From NCBI GenBank assembly GCA_965601925.1, contig OZ271854.1, positions 1,536,001 through 1,600,000 on the forward strand: a DNA stretch of 64,000 bases. The letters are read 5' to 3'. Source of the stretch: Alkalispirochaeta sp. Lineage in GTDB: Bacteria > Spirochaetota > Spirochaetia > DSM-27196 > Alkalispirochaetaceae. The position numbers were made by a program, and so were the translations under genes. Under the pieces are notes generated by a model. It was not told where the DNA came from. It saw nothing but the letters and a program-made list of their open reading frames with translations, and searched no databases. This document shows positions 27,212 to 36,327 of this stretch, in pieces (the first letter of the stretch is position 1; every line of letters begins with the position of its first letter).

Positions 27212-29713
27212 TCAGTCCTCCATCAGGGCAAGTACGCGTTCGGTGTAACGACGATCGGCGGAGGCGTTCAATAACGCCTCTACCGCTTCGGCATCGATAT
27301 CGTCGTAGTCTCCGGCGCCGAGCGCCGCCTCAATCTGGGCCGTTATGAGGCGTGTCCACGCCGCCTCGGTCGCGAGCCCTCCCATGGGTACCGCACCTTC
27401 GCGCCACAACTGGTGAGCGGTCACATACTCTGAGAAATCGACCGCTCCCTCCTGTTGAGAGGTGCAAAAGAACTGTACACCTTTCCCGCGGCCGTGGGAA
27501 AAGGCCTTGCGGAGCGAAAACGGCGACTCGCGAAGGTTGGCCGTGCCGGTGTCGAAGAGCTCGAGTACGAAGTAACGGACTCCCGCATCCATGAGGGCCA
27601 TCAAGGCCTCTCCGCGGAGACCAGGATAGACTTTGACGATATGGGTGCGCCCAATCGCTACTTCCAAAGCGCGCTCCAAGGTCGGCTGCGATAGGCTCCG
27701 TGCCGATCGCGCAATCGCCCGTCCTCCGCGATGGAGCCCGTCACCGTTCCAATTGCGAAACCGCCCCGCGACGGCGCCCCCGGCCTCCGGTCTGTCCGCG
27801 ACTCGTACACTTTCAAACTTGAGATTGACCGCGAAGTAATCCGTTTCGCCGTAGACGACGTGAATTCCCCTCTCCCCTCCGGCGGCGACACCGACGGCGT
27901 TTCGAAGATTTACCGCGGCCTCGCCGGTCGGTCCCTCGTCGGTAGGCGCGGTACTCGCGGTCAGTACGACGGGTATCGACGCATCGGCGAAGAACCAGTA
28001 GAGCAGACTGGCGGTGTAGGAGAGTGTATCCGTCCCGTGACCGATCACGATTCCGCGACTGCGGCTCTGGTCGAGTGAATGGGCGGTATGCGCTACGAGA
28101 GCGGCCCAATCGGAGGGAGTGATCTCCTCGCTCAGAAACTGCCCCAGCCGTATCTCCTCGAAGCGTACGTCGCCGGGAAGGTCGGGATCGTTCCGAAAGA
28201 GTGTATCGAGACTCACCAAATCGCCCGGTACTACCAAGCCGTCGTCCCGGCGTTGCCCGGCGATCGCGCCGCCGAACGAGTACACCTCGATCGTACTGAC
28301 GGCAAAGCGCTCGGCGAGGAGCTCTTGCACAACTCGAGGCTCCGCCCGGCCGCTGGTGACCTTCATGATCCGGCCGACCAAAAAGCCGATCGGCTTGGTG
28401 TCGCCGGAAGCGATCTGTTCGGCGGCTTGGGTATTTGCCGCGAGCACGTCGTCGACGATACGGCCAAGCGCATCGCGGTCGGTTATCTGCTCCCAGCCTT
28501 GTTCGCGAATAATCGTCGCCGGGTCTTTGTCCTCTTCAAACACGAGTTCCAAGACCTGCTTGGCAATTTTTCCGTGAATCGTGCCATCGGCGAGAAGGCG
28601 TAGGAGATCGGCCAATCGATTCGGCGTGAGCGCCGTCGCCTCGAGCCGTTCGGCGCGCCGATTGAGTTGCTTGCGGACGTCGCCGGCGAGCCATATCGCG
28701 ACCTGCTGGGCGTCGGCGCCCGCGGAGACCGTCGATTCAAAGAAGTCGGCGCCCTCCTTCTCGTCGCAGAGAAAATCTGCCTGTGCGGCGCCGAGCCCGT
28801 ACTCGTCGACGAACCGCGCCCGTCTGGCGGCCGGCAGCTCCACTAATCGCCCCTCGACCTCGCGGAGAAAGGCCTCACCGGTTCGAAAATGGGGCAGGTC
28901 CGGTTCGGGAAAGTAGCGATAATCGTGAGAGCTCTCTTTGGTGCGCATACTCTCGGTAAGGTCGCGATTCTCGTTCCACAGACGCGTCTGTTGGGCAACC
29001 GTCCCGCTACGCTCAAGAATCTCCCGTTGGCGTTCGATCTCGTAATTAAGCGCCTTGCGCACGAAGCGCGAGCTGTTCAAGTTCTTGATCTCGACCTTGC
29101 TTCCGAGACCCCGGCCGCGTACATTGACCGAAACGTTCGCGTCGCAGCGCATCGAACCTTCTTCCATATTGCCGTCACACACGCCGAGATAGCGCACGAT
29201 GCGGCGTAACTCCTGCAGCAGAACCTCGGCCTCTTCGCCGATTTCCAGATCGGGCTCGGTGACGATCTCCAGGAGGGGTGTGCCAGCGCGATTGTAATCC
29301 AGAAGCGACATGTCGCCGGCGTGGATCATTTTGCCCGCGTCCTCTTCCAGATGAATCTCGTGGATTCGCACGCGCTTTTTCTTTTTGTGGAACTCGAGAT
29401 CGAGGTACCCGTTGCGCCCTACCGGCTCGTGAAATTGCGATATCTGGTAATTCTTGGGAAGATCGGGATAGAAGTAGTTTTTGCGATCGAAGACGCACTC
29501 GTCATTGAGCTCGCAATTGAGTGAACGCGCGACCGTGTACGCCATGGCGATCGCCTCGCCGTTGAGCGCCGGCAACACCCCGGGGTAGCCCATGCACACG
29601 GGGCACACGTTGGTGTTGGGCTCGTCGCCGAAATTGGCGCGACAGCCGCAAAACACCTTGGTTGCCGTCAGAAGCTGGATATGAATTTCGAGCCCTACAA
29701 ACGATTGGTACAC
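27212..29713 (-). CDS. gatB: GatB fused to C-terminal asparaginase/GatD-like domain
   Basis: GLEIHIQL, RKNYFYPDLPKNYQISQ, HLEEDAGK, MRCDAN, YRYFPEPD, YqeY tail; then FGGAIAG, HGTDT, PVVLTAS. Confidence 0.92.
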   Translation of the reverse strand: MYQSFVGLEIHIQLLTATKVFCGCRANFGDEPNTNVCPVCMGYPGVLPALNGEAIAMAYTVARSLNCELNDECVFDRKNYFYPDLPKNYQISQFHEPVGRNGYLDLEFHKKKKRVRIHEIHLEEDAGKMIHAGDMSLLDYNRAGTPLLEIVTEPDLEIGEEAEVLLQELRRIVRYLGVCDGNMEEGSMRCDANVSVNVRGRGLGSKVEIKNLNSSRFVRKALNYEIERQREILERSGTVAQQTRLWNENRDLTESMRTKESSHDYRYFPEPDLPHFRTGEAFLREVEGRLVELPAARRARFVDEYGLGAAQADFLCDEKEGADFFESTVSAGADAQQVAIWLAGDVRKQLNRRAERLEATALTPNRLADLLRLLADGTIHGKIAKQVLELVFEEDKDPATIIREQGWEQITDRDALGRIVDDVLAANTQAAEQIASGDTKPIGFLVGRIMKVTSGRAEPRVVQELLAERFAVSTIEVYSFGGAIAGQRRDDGLVVPGDLVSLDTLFRNDPDLPGDVRFEEIRLGQFLSEEITPSDWAALVAHTAHSLDQSRSRGIVIGHGTDTLSYTASLLYWFFADASIPVVLTASTAPTDEGPTGEAAVNLRNAVGVAAGGERGIHVVYGETDYFAVNLKFESVRVADRPEAGGAVAGRFRNWNGDGLHRGGRAIARSARSLSQPTLERALEVAIGRTHIVKVYPGLRGEALMALMDAGVRYFVLELFDTGTANLRESPFSLRKAFSHGRGKGVQFFCTSQQEGAVDFSEYVTAHQLWREGAVPMGGLATEAAWTRLITAQIEAALGAGDYDDIDAEAVEALLNASADRRYTERVLALMED

Positions 29714-29769
29714 GCTTTCTACACCTCCCTCCGCATCGATACGGTGCGACGCGGCCGGGTTTTATATCA

Positions 29770-29902
29770 CAGGCAATTTCAAAAATCGACGATTTTTGAA
29801 ATTGTCAGGATCTTTAGAAATCATAATTATATATCATGTATATAATTATGATTTCGACCCGATATTGAGGCTCTTGAAAAATGCAATTTTTCAAGAGCCT
29901 CA
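29770..29902. repeat. AT-rich triple-hairpin dispersed repeat, copy 2 (between gatA and gatB)
   Basis: Three consecutive inverted repeats; matches 3199-3331. Confidence 0.92.
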
Positions 29903-29940
29903 TCAGATCGTCGAACGCATCGGCGGCGTCGACGGGTCCT

Positions 29941-31347
29941 TTATCGCCAATGAGAGAAGGAGACGCTCTCGCGTGGGAACTGCATCGGCACGACCGACGC
30001 CAGCTGCCGCGCCACAGCGAATAACCGTTCCTCGCTGAATGAAGGTCCCATGAGCTGCATACCGACCGGAAGGCCGCCCTCCACGCCCGTCGGCACGGTC
30101 AAAGCCGGTGTTCCCGTCAAATTCGCCGTCCCGGTAAACCGATCGGCGACCTTCTGCTGAAACGGGTCCATCCCTTCGTCTCCGTGGAGAAAGGCCTGAG
30201 TCGGAAACGCGGGAAGCAGGAGGGCATCGACCGATCGAAATACCTCATCAAGTTCTCGTCGAATCAACGTGCGAATCTTTTGCGCCCGGGCATAGTACCG
30301 ATCCTGAAAGCCGCTGCGAAGCACGTAGGTGCCGAGGACCACGCGGAGTTTGACCTCATCGCCGAATCCTTCGCTGCGCGCCTTGCGCATGAGTTCCTCG
30401 GGATTCTCAGCATATATCGGATGGTATCCGTAGCGCACGCCGTTGTAGCGCGCCAGGTTGGCGCTCGCCTCCGCTGAGGCGATCGTGTAGTACGCCGGGA
30501 CAACGTACTCCAGCGTCGAAAGGGTGATCGTCTCCGTACGATACCCGAGCGTACCGAGCGCATCGGCGGTGTCCCGATAGTTCCGCGCCACCGCATCGTC
30601 CAGCCCGAGGTCGCCGCCGAGGATGCCGACGGTCCCGCCGGGGGCCGCCTCGGCCGGTCGTTCGGCATCGGCGGGAATCACTACCGAGCTCTGGTCCTTC
30701 TCGTCCGCACCGCGCATCGCGCGATAGGTATCGGCAAGCATATCGATATCGGCGGCGATCACTCCGACGACCTCCAGGGACGAGGCATACGCGACCAGCC
30801 CGTATCGCGAAACGGTGCCGTAGGTCGGCTTGAGGCCGTACACGCCGCAGAACGCCGCAGGCTGGCGGATCGAGCCGCCGGTGTCGCTGCCGATCGCAAC
30901 GGGAACCAGCTGTTGTGCCACCGCCGCCGCCGAACCGCCGCTCGAGCCGCCGGCAACGCGCTGCGAATCCCAGGGATTGTTCGTGACTTTGAGCGCCGAA
31001 TTGTCGGTGGAACTTCCCATGCCGAACTCATCGAGATTCGTCTTGCCGACGATCTCGGCGCCGGCGGCACGCAATCGTTCGACTGAGCGTGCATCGTAGG
31101 GACAGACGAACTCCTCGAGCATGCGTGAGCCGCATGTGAGTCTATACCCCTTGACAGCAATGTTATCCTTTACGGCGATGGGAATCCGTAACGTTACATT
31201 CGAGCTATCCGAGGACACGCCGCTCGGCGACCACTGTGCGGGGTCGCCGTACTCCAGAAACGCACCGACACGACGATCTTGTTCCTGTATGAAGCGCGCA
31301 TACGATGAACGCGACTCGGCAGAAAGAGATTTGTCCCACATCGGCAT
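29941..31347 (-). CDS. gatA: Amidotransferase subunit A
   Basis: VKDNI, TNLDEFGMGSS, GGSSGGS, GSDTGGSIRQP, GFGDEVKLR. Confidence 0.96.
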   Translation of the reverse strand: MPMWDKSLSAESRSSYARFIQEQDRRVGAFLEYGDPAQWSPSGVSSDSSNVTLRIPIAVKDNIAVKGYRLTCGSRMLEEFVCPYDARSVERLRAAGAEIVGKTNLDEFGMGSSTDNSALKVTNNPWDSQRVAGGSSGGSAAAVAQQLVPVAIGSDTGGSIRQPAAFCGVYGLKPTYGTVSRYGLVAYASSLEVVGVIAADIDMLADTYRAMRGADEKDQSSVVIPADAERPAEAAPGGTVGILGGDLGLDDAVARNYRDTADALGTLGYRTETITLSTLEYVVPAYYTIASAEASANLARYNGVRYGYHPIYAENPEELMRKARSEGFGDEVKLRVVLGTYVLRSGFQDRYYARAQKIRTLIRRELDEVFRSVDALLLPAFPTQAFLHGDEGMDPFQQKVADRFTGTANLTGTPALTVPTGVEGGLPVGMQLMGPSFSEERLFAVARQLASVVPMQFPRESVSFSHWR

Positions 31348-31626
31348 CTACAAGACATTGGGGATCGCGATGAGTCGATCCTCGAGATCGGGTGCATTCT
31401 CGAGTAGGCTGTCGGGATCGGTCTCGGATCGAAGCACGTCGGGCCGCACGCGATATGCGCTTTCCGATGCGTGTGTTGTCGGCGGTAGGTGGTCGACATC
31501 CACGGATGCCATGACGGCAAAATACTCGAGCATCTGCTCGACCGCGCCCTCAAAAGCTGCGATCTGTGCGTCGTCCAGCTCGAGCATCGCCATGTCGACC
31601 GTCGTTTTGAGCTCGGACGCGTCCAT
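31348..31626 (-). CDS. gatC: Amidotransferase subunit C
   Basis: MAMLEL...LLENAP...IAIPNVL; directly upstream of gatA. Confidence 0.9.
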   Translation of the reverse strand: MDASELKTTVDMAMLELDDAQIAAFEGAVEQMLEYFAVMASVDVDHLPPTTHASESAYRVRPDVLRSETDPDSLLENAPDLEDRLIAIPNVL

Positions 31627-31749
31627 GGGGGCAACTATGACAGTGAGGTATTGGCCTGTCAAGCAAGGACTTGGCGGCCATTTGACGAACCGGTCGGCAC
31701 GCGCTATGTTTGGCATCGCTCCACAGGCAAATCAATAGGTACAGCAGAC

Positions 31750-33177
31750 GTGGTAACCAAGAAAGAATTCCCCACTATTCATTTTTACGATCAAGACTTC
31801 GTAGACATCTACGAGCAAACCTGGGCGTGGATCCAGGACCACTGGCAAAAGGCGACGAGCCGCAACGGGTTTGAACCGCGGTTTTTTGTCGCTCCGGACG
31901 CGGATAGGATAAATCAGACCGACGCGATTTTCTCGTCTTTCTTTCTCGTGTACAGCAACAAGAACTATCCGGCCGCTCCTCAACTGGACAACTTTTACAA
32001 GAAGCAGGAAGACGACGGTGCGATCCGCCTCGAATACTCTCTTGACACCGGACAGCCGATTTTTTCGGAGGATAACCCCGCTGGTGTCGCGCCCCCGCTG
32101 TTAGCGTGGGCGGAGTACAACATGTATCACAAGGTGGGCAACAAAAAGCGCATCAAAGAGGTCATGGCGGTGCTCGAACGGTATGTACAATGGCTGGAGA
32201 ACACCTTCAAGGACGACACCGGCCTGTATCACGTACCGATCTCGGCGACCGGGATGCTCAATGCGCCGCGCGAAACCGCGTACTATCCCGTGGACTTCAA
32301 CATCCAAGTAGCGCTCAACGCCTCGTGCATGGCGAAACTGGGCCACGTACTCAACGATAAGGACATCGAGTTTCGCTACCGTCGACAGTACTTCTCGCTC
32401 AAGACGAGAATCAATCAGCTCATGTGGAACGACGAAGCCGGGTTCTATTTCGACTTGGACAAGAATCGAGAGCAGGTGCCGGTGAAGACCGTCGCGACGT
32501 TTTGGGCTCTTTTGACCGACATCCCCAACGAGGCGCGCTCCAGTCGCTTGATTGAGCATCTCAAGGATCCGGAAAGCTTCGGCACCGAGAATCCCTTTCC
32601 CTCTTTAGCGGTAAACGAGCCGGCGTTCTCGGAGGCGGGAGAGGGATGGCGCGGGTCGGTTTTCCCTCAGTACACGTTTATCATTATCAAAGGACTGGAA
32701 AAGCAGCACCAATGGGAGTTGGCGCGGGAATACGCGATACGCCATCTCTACTACATGCTCGATACGCTGCACCCGGAGGGAAACAAGCGGGGTAACGTGT
32801 GGGAGGCGTATCGTCCCACCCGGGACGGTGAAGCGCAATGGGAGGGTAATCCCGACTTTCCGCGGCCGATGCACCTTCCGGCCGTCGGGCTCTCGACGAT
32901 TGCCCTTATGATCGAGAATGTGGTCGGGCTCGAGGTAAGCTTGCCGCGAAAAACGGTTCGCTGGATCGTGCCGACTTTGGAAATCATGGGTATCGAGAAT
33001 CTCAACCTACGGCGCAATACCATCACGATTCTCAGTCAAAAGAGCGGTCGCGGCTGGGAGATACGACACGAATCGGAGAAGTTGTACTATTTCACGCTCG
33101 ATCTTCTGAGCCAAAAAAAGGAAAAAACGCTGCCGATTCCCTCGGGAAAGTGCTCGATGCTGGTCGATAAGCTATAA
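31750..33177 (+). CDS. GH63/MGH1-like (alpha/alpha)6 glycoside hydrolase-family protein
   Basis: PPLLAWAE, GMLNAPR, LMWNDEAGFYFD, GWRGSVFP, VWEAYRP; start uncertain. Confidence 0.75.
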   Translation: MVTKKEFPTIHFYDQDFVDIYEQTWAWIQDHWQKATSRNGFEPRFFVAPDADRINQTDAIFSSFFLVYSNKNYPAAPQLDNFYKKQEDDGAIRLEYSLDTGQPIFSEDNPAGVAPPLLAWAEYNMYHKVGNKKRIKEVMAVLERYVQWLENTFKDDTGLYHVPISATGMLNAPRETAYYPVDFNIQVALNASCMAKLGHVLNDKDIEFRYRRQYFSLKTRINQLMWNDEAGFYFDLDKNREQVPVKTVATFWALLTDIPNEARSSRLIEHLKDPESFGTENPFPSLAVNEPAFSEAGEGWRGSVFPQYTFIIIKGLEKQHQWELAREYAIRHLYYMLDTLHPEGNKRGNVWEAYRPTRDGEAQWEGNPDFPRPMHLPAVGLSTIALMIENVVGLEVSLPRKTVRWIVPTLEIMGIENLNLRRNTITILSQKSGRGWEIRHESEKLYYFTLDLLSQKKEKTLPIPSGKCSMLVDKL

Positions 33178-33212
33178 AACGACACCGCATCGGACTCGTA
33201 CGCGGAGCGCGG

Positions 33213-33962
33213 CTATTCGCCGCGCTCTTTTTTTATCTTTCGCTGGAGGACTGCGATGTGCTTTGCCGGGTAGACGCCGGTCGGACACACTGCGCTACAC
33301 GCGAGATGTCGGTCGCACCCCCACACGCCCTCCTCGGTGTCGACCTGGGGCAACAGTTCCTTTGCGCGATCCGGCCGATTCTCTATCTCGCGGTTGTACG
33401 CCGCAAGCGCCGCAGGCCCCATAAATCCGCGAAGGGAGATAACCGGACATGAGGAGACACACAACCCACATTCGATGCAGTTTTCAAACCGCTCGTAGCG
33501 CTCGATCTCGGTAGGTACGAGGCTCCCTTTGTTGGCCTCACTCGGGCGAACGTAGCCGGCCGCGACGGGAAAATCGCGAAACAGCGGGGTCGGGTCGACC
33601 GCGAGATCGCCGATGTGCTTCATCGTCTGAAGCGGTCGAATCTCAACGACGGCCGTTCCATCGGTTTCCGCGGAATCTCCGAGCAGCTCCATGACGTTGG
33701 TGGTGCATGCGAGGCGGCGCTCTCCGTTTATGATCATCCCGCACGTCCCGCAGCTCCCGTGGTGGCACGAGTGACGAAACATGAGCGAGCCGTCCAGGTG
33801 GCTTTTGATCCACTCCAAGGCGTCGACAACGGTGGTATGACGCCGCACCGGTGCTTCGAACTCGCCCCACTCCTCACCGCGCTGCGACCGCTCGACGCGA
33901 AATCGCACCGTGAGGGGATCGGCGGCGGGGGTGTCGACCGATTTGTGCGAATCGCTGCTCAT
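33213..33962 (-). CDS. SdhB/FrdB-like iron-sulfur subunit
   Basis: SCHHGSCGTC...LAC; CIECGLCVSSCP; CDRHLACSAVCP; GGAGG RBS. Confidence 0.9.
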   Translation of the reverse strand: MSSDSHKSVDTPAADPLTVRFRVERSQRGEEWGEFEAPVRRHTTVVDALEWIKSHLDGSLMFRHSCHHGSCGTCGMIINGERRLACTTNVMELLGDSAETDGTAVVEIRPLQTMKHIGDLAVDPTPLFRDFPVAAGYVRPSEANKGSLVPTEIERYERFENCIECGLCVSSCPVISLRGFMGPAALAAYNREIENRPDRAKELLPQVDTEEGVWGCDRHLACSAVCPTGVYPAKHIAVLQRKIKKERGE

Positions 33963-35155
33963 AGGGATACCTCCGTGGGATGTAGGCCGGGATTGTAGTA
34001 CGCTCTGTGGGGCAAGAGCGGAAGCTCGGCGGTGCGACACCGTTCTTCTACACCGAACAGATCGCACACCAAATCGGCCGTTTTCTCTCCCATTGCGCGC
34101 AGAACCGTCGCCTTGCCGCCGATAATCGATATCAATCCCCGCACGTTGTCCGACCGACCGTGGTCGACGGCAATGAAATCGCGGCTGAGTTTGCGCCCGT
34201 CCTCGACGTTGCTCGACGCGCCGGCGAGGGGTCGGCTGGCCGACCAGGCGGCATGAAAGGGCGTCTCGGCAAACACGGGCATCATGCGGGCGGCCTTCTC
34301 GGTGAGATACGCGATATCCTCCTCCGGTACCTCGACGGTATCCGGATCGTCGGTCTTCCACTGTGTGGAGCCGATGATGGAAAGCCCTCTCTGCGGCACG
34401 ATGATGTCGCCGTCACCGGCCGGATGCAGGTGGCTGATAACCATATTGTTCAGTCGTTTCTTGACCGCGACCATGGTACCGGGAGCGGGCGTGACGGGGA
34501 TGTGGATCCCGGCAAGCTTCGCGACTTTCTCGGCCCACGCGCCGGTTGCGCTCACTACCATGTCGGCCTCGATATCGTACTCGTTGCGCGTTGCATGGTC
34601 GAGAACCCGTACACCCGTCGCGATCCCGGCTTTCGTGTGAATACCGGTTACCTCGGTGAAGGTCTTGATGGTGGCGCCGTTGGCTTTGGCCGTCGCGAAA
34701 AAATGCAACGGAAGTCGCCACGCGTCGATCGTTCCGTCGGGTACCTGCACCGCCTTTTTGATCGCGGGACTGAGATTGGGCTCCATGCGAAGCGCCGTCG
34801 CGACCGGAATCTCCCGCGCAGGGATCGTCGACTCGAGACACGCTTCGGTAAAGACGGGCGCGAACTCGACATCATCGTCGGTTACCGCGACGAAGAGGCC
34901 GTAGTTCATCTCCAGCGCGTCGGGAGCGATTTTCTGTAGAATTCGCACCTCGTCCATGCACTCCCGCGCGATCTCACGGTCACCGACGGCGTACCGTGCA
35001 CCGGAATGCAACTGCCCGTGGTGCCTCCCGGTGGTACCGCTGGTAAGCTCTCCCCGCTCCACGAGGGTAATCGTAAATCCACGAAGGGTCAGATCGTGGG
35101 CGATGGCCGCTCCGGTTCCGCCTCCGCCGATAACGACTATATGCCCGTGGGCCAT
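33959..35155 (-). CDS. GlpA-like FAD-dependent oxidoreductase (short)
   Basis: IGGGGTG, GTTGRHHGQLHSGARY, GDGDIIVP, GGKATVLRAMGE, CRTAELPL. Confidence 0.85.
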   Translation of the reverse strand: MAHGHIVVIGGGGTGAAIAHDLTLRGFTITLVERGELTSGTTGRHHGQLHSGARYAVGDREIARECMDEVRILQKIAPDALEMNYGLFVAVTDDDVEFAPVFTEACLESTIPAREIPVATALRMEPNLSPAIKKAVQVPDGTIDAWRLPLHFFATAKANGATIKTFTEVTGIHTKAGIATGVRVLDHATRNEYDIEADMVVSATGAWAEKVAKLAGIHIPVTPAPGTMVAVKKRLNNMVISHLHPAGDGDIIVPQRGLSIIGSTQWKTDDPDTVEVPEEDIAYLTEKAARMMPVFAETPFHAAWSASRPLAGASSNVEDGRKLSRDFIAVDHGRSDNVRGLISIIGGKATVLRAMGEKTADLVCDLFGVEERCRTAELPLLPHRAYYNPGLHPTEVSL

Positions 35156-35204
35156 ATCGTACTCCTTCTATTCGCACCTTTCCTCGATACGGACATCAAA
35201 ACCC

Positions 35205-36194
35205 TCACGATACCGCCTCCCACGTTCCACTTTCGCCGCTTCTGAAGAGGGCGTCGAGTACCTTCTGATTGGCAAGTGCGTCGGCAGGTTCTATGGGAAC
35301 GGGGCCGCCGGTACGCACGGCTGCGGAAAACGCAACAAACTCCGCGAGATACTGGTCCGTAGGCTCGGTATGGATCGTGCGATGCCCCACACCGGTCTCG
35401 ATGTGGATCGCCAGAGGCACATCGGGATACGCGTTGAAGGGAAGCTCGACTCGGAGCGTCCCACCTGATCCGAACGCTTGTACCTTCTGTTGCGAATAGG
35501 TTTGAGTACCGACGGTAAACGTCGATTGAAGGCCGCCGAAGTCCAGAATTCCGGAAGCGAGACGGTCGGTACCGAACCGATCGTCCCAGTCCACCAGACT
35601 CACCACGCGTAGGGGCTCGCGACGTGCGAGAAATCGCGCCGATGAGACGGCGTAACAGCCGATATCGAGTATACCGCCGCCCCCCGCCTCTTTTTGGTTG
35701 CGAATGTTCTCCGCGTCTCGATTATTATAGAAGAAATGGCTTTGTATCGCCGTCACGGAACCGATCTCACCGACGGCCACTAAGTCGCGGGCGCGCACCC
35801 ACTGAGGGTGTAGGCGATACATGAAAGCCTCCATGAGGAGGACACCCTTTTTGTGCGTGTACTCGATGGCCTCGGCGGTCTCGCGGGCGTTCATGCCCAT
35901 GGGTTTCTCGCACAAGATATGCTTTCCGCGGTCGGCGGCCTTTTTTATCCACTCGAGATGCATGTGGTTGGGAAGGGGAATGTAGACCGCTTCTATGTCC
36001 GGGTCGGCCAGGAGGTCCTCGTAACTCCCGTACGAGGTGGGCATTCCGAACTCAGCGGCGGCGGCGGCGGCTCGACCCGCCGAGCGCGAGGCGATGCCGT
36101 GCATCACCAGACCCGTCGCTCTTCGTAAGGAGAGAGAACATCGCAGTCGATAATGTCCCGACACGCCGAGGACGCCCCATGTCACCGGTTTCAT
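35205..36194 (-). CDS. Gfo/Idh/MocA oxidoreductase
   Basis: YIPLPNHMH, KHILCEKP, MEAFMYR, GGGILDIGCY. Confidence 0.93.
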   Translation of the reverse strand: MKPVTWGVLGVSGHYRLRCSLSLRRATGLVMHGIASRSAGRAAAAAAEFGMPTSYGSYEDLLADPDIEAVYIPLPNHMHLEWIKKAADRGKHILCEKPMGMNARETAEAIEYTHKKGVLLMEAFMYRLHPQWVRARDLVAVGEIGSVTAIQSHFFYNNRDAENIRNQKEAGGGGILDIGCYAVSSARFLARREPLRVVSLVDWDDRFGTDRLASGILDFGGLQSTFTVGTQTYSQQKVQAFGSGGTLRVELPFNAYPDVPLAIHIETGVGHRTIHTEPTDQYLAEFVAFSAAVRTGGPVPIEPADALANQKVLDALFRSGESGTWEAVS

Positions 36195-36327
36195 GTATCT
36201 ACCTTCCTTGTTACGGTGGTGAGGTAATAAAGTAATCCCAAGCATACAGTTTAGCAACTGTAAAAATGAGGTATTACAACCGTCCATGACGCACTCCCGG
36301 GCGGCGTCGATGAGGACACGGCGGATC

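Noticed and set aside
29796..30038. 80-aa ORF between gatB and gatA
   Set aside because: Translation of the palindromic repeat plus antisense gatA
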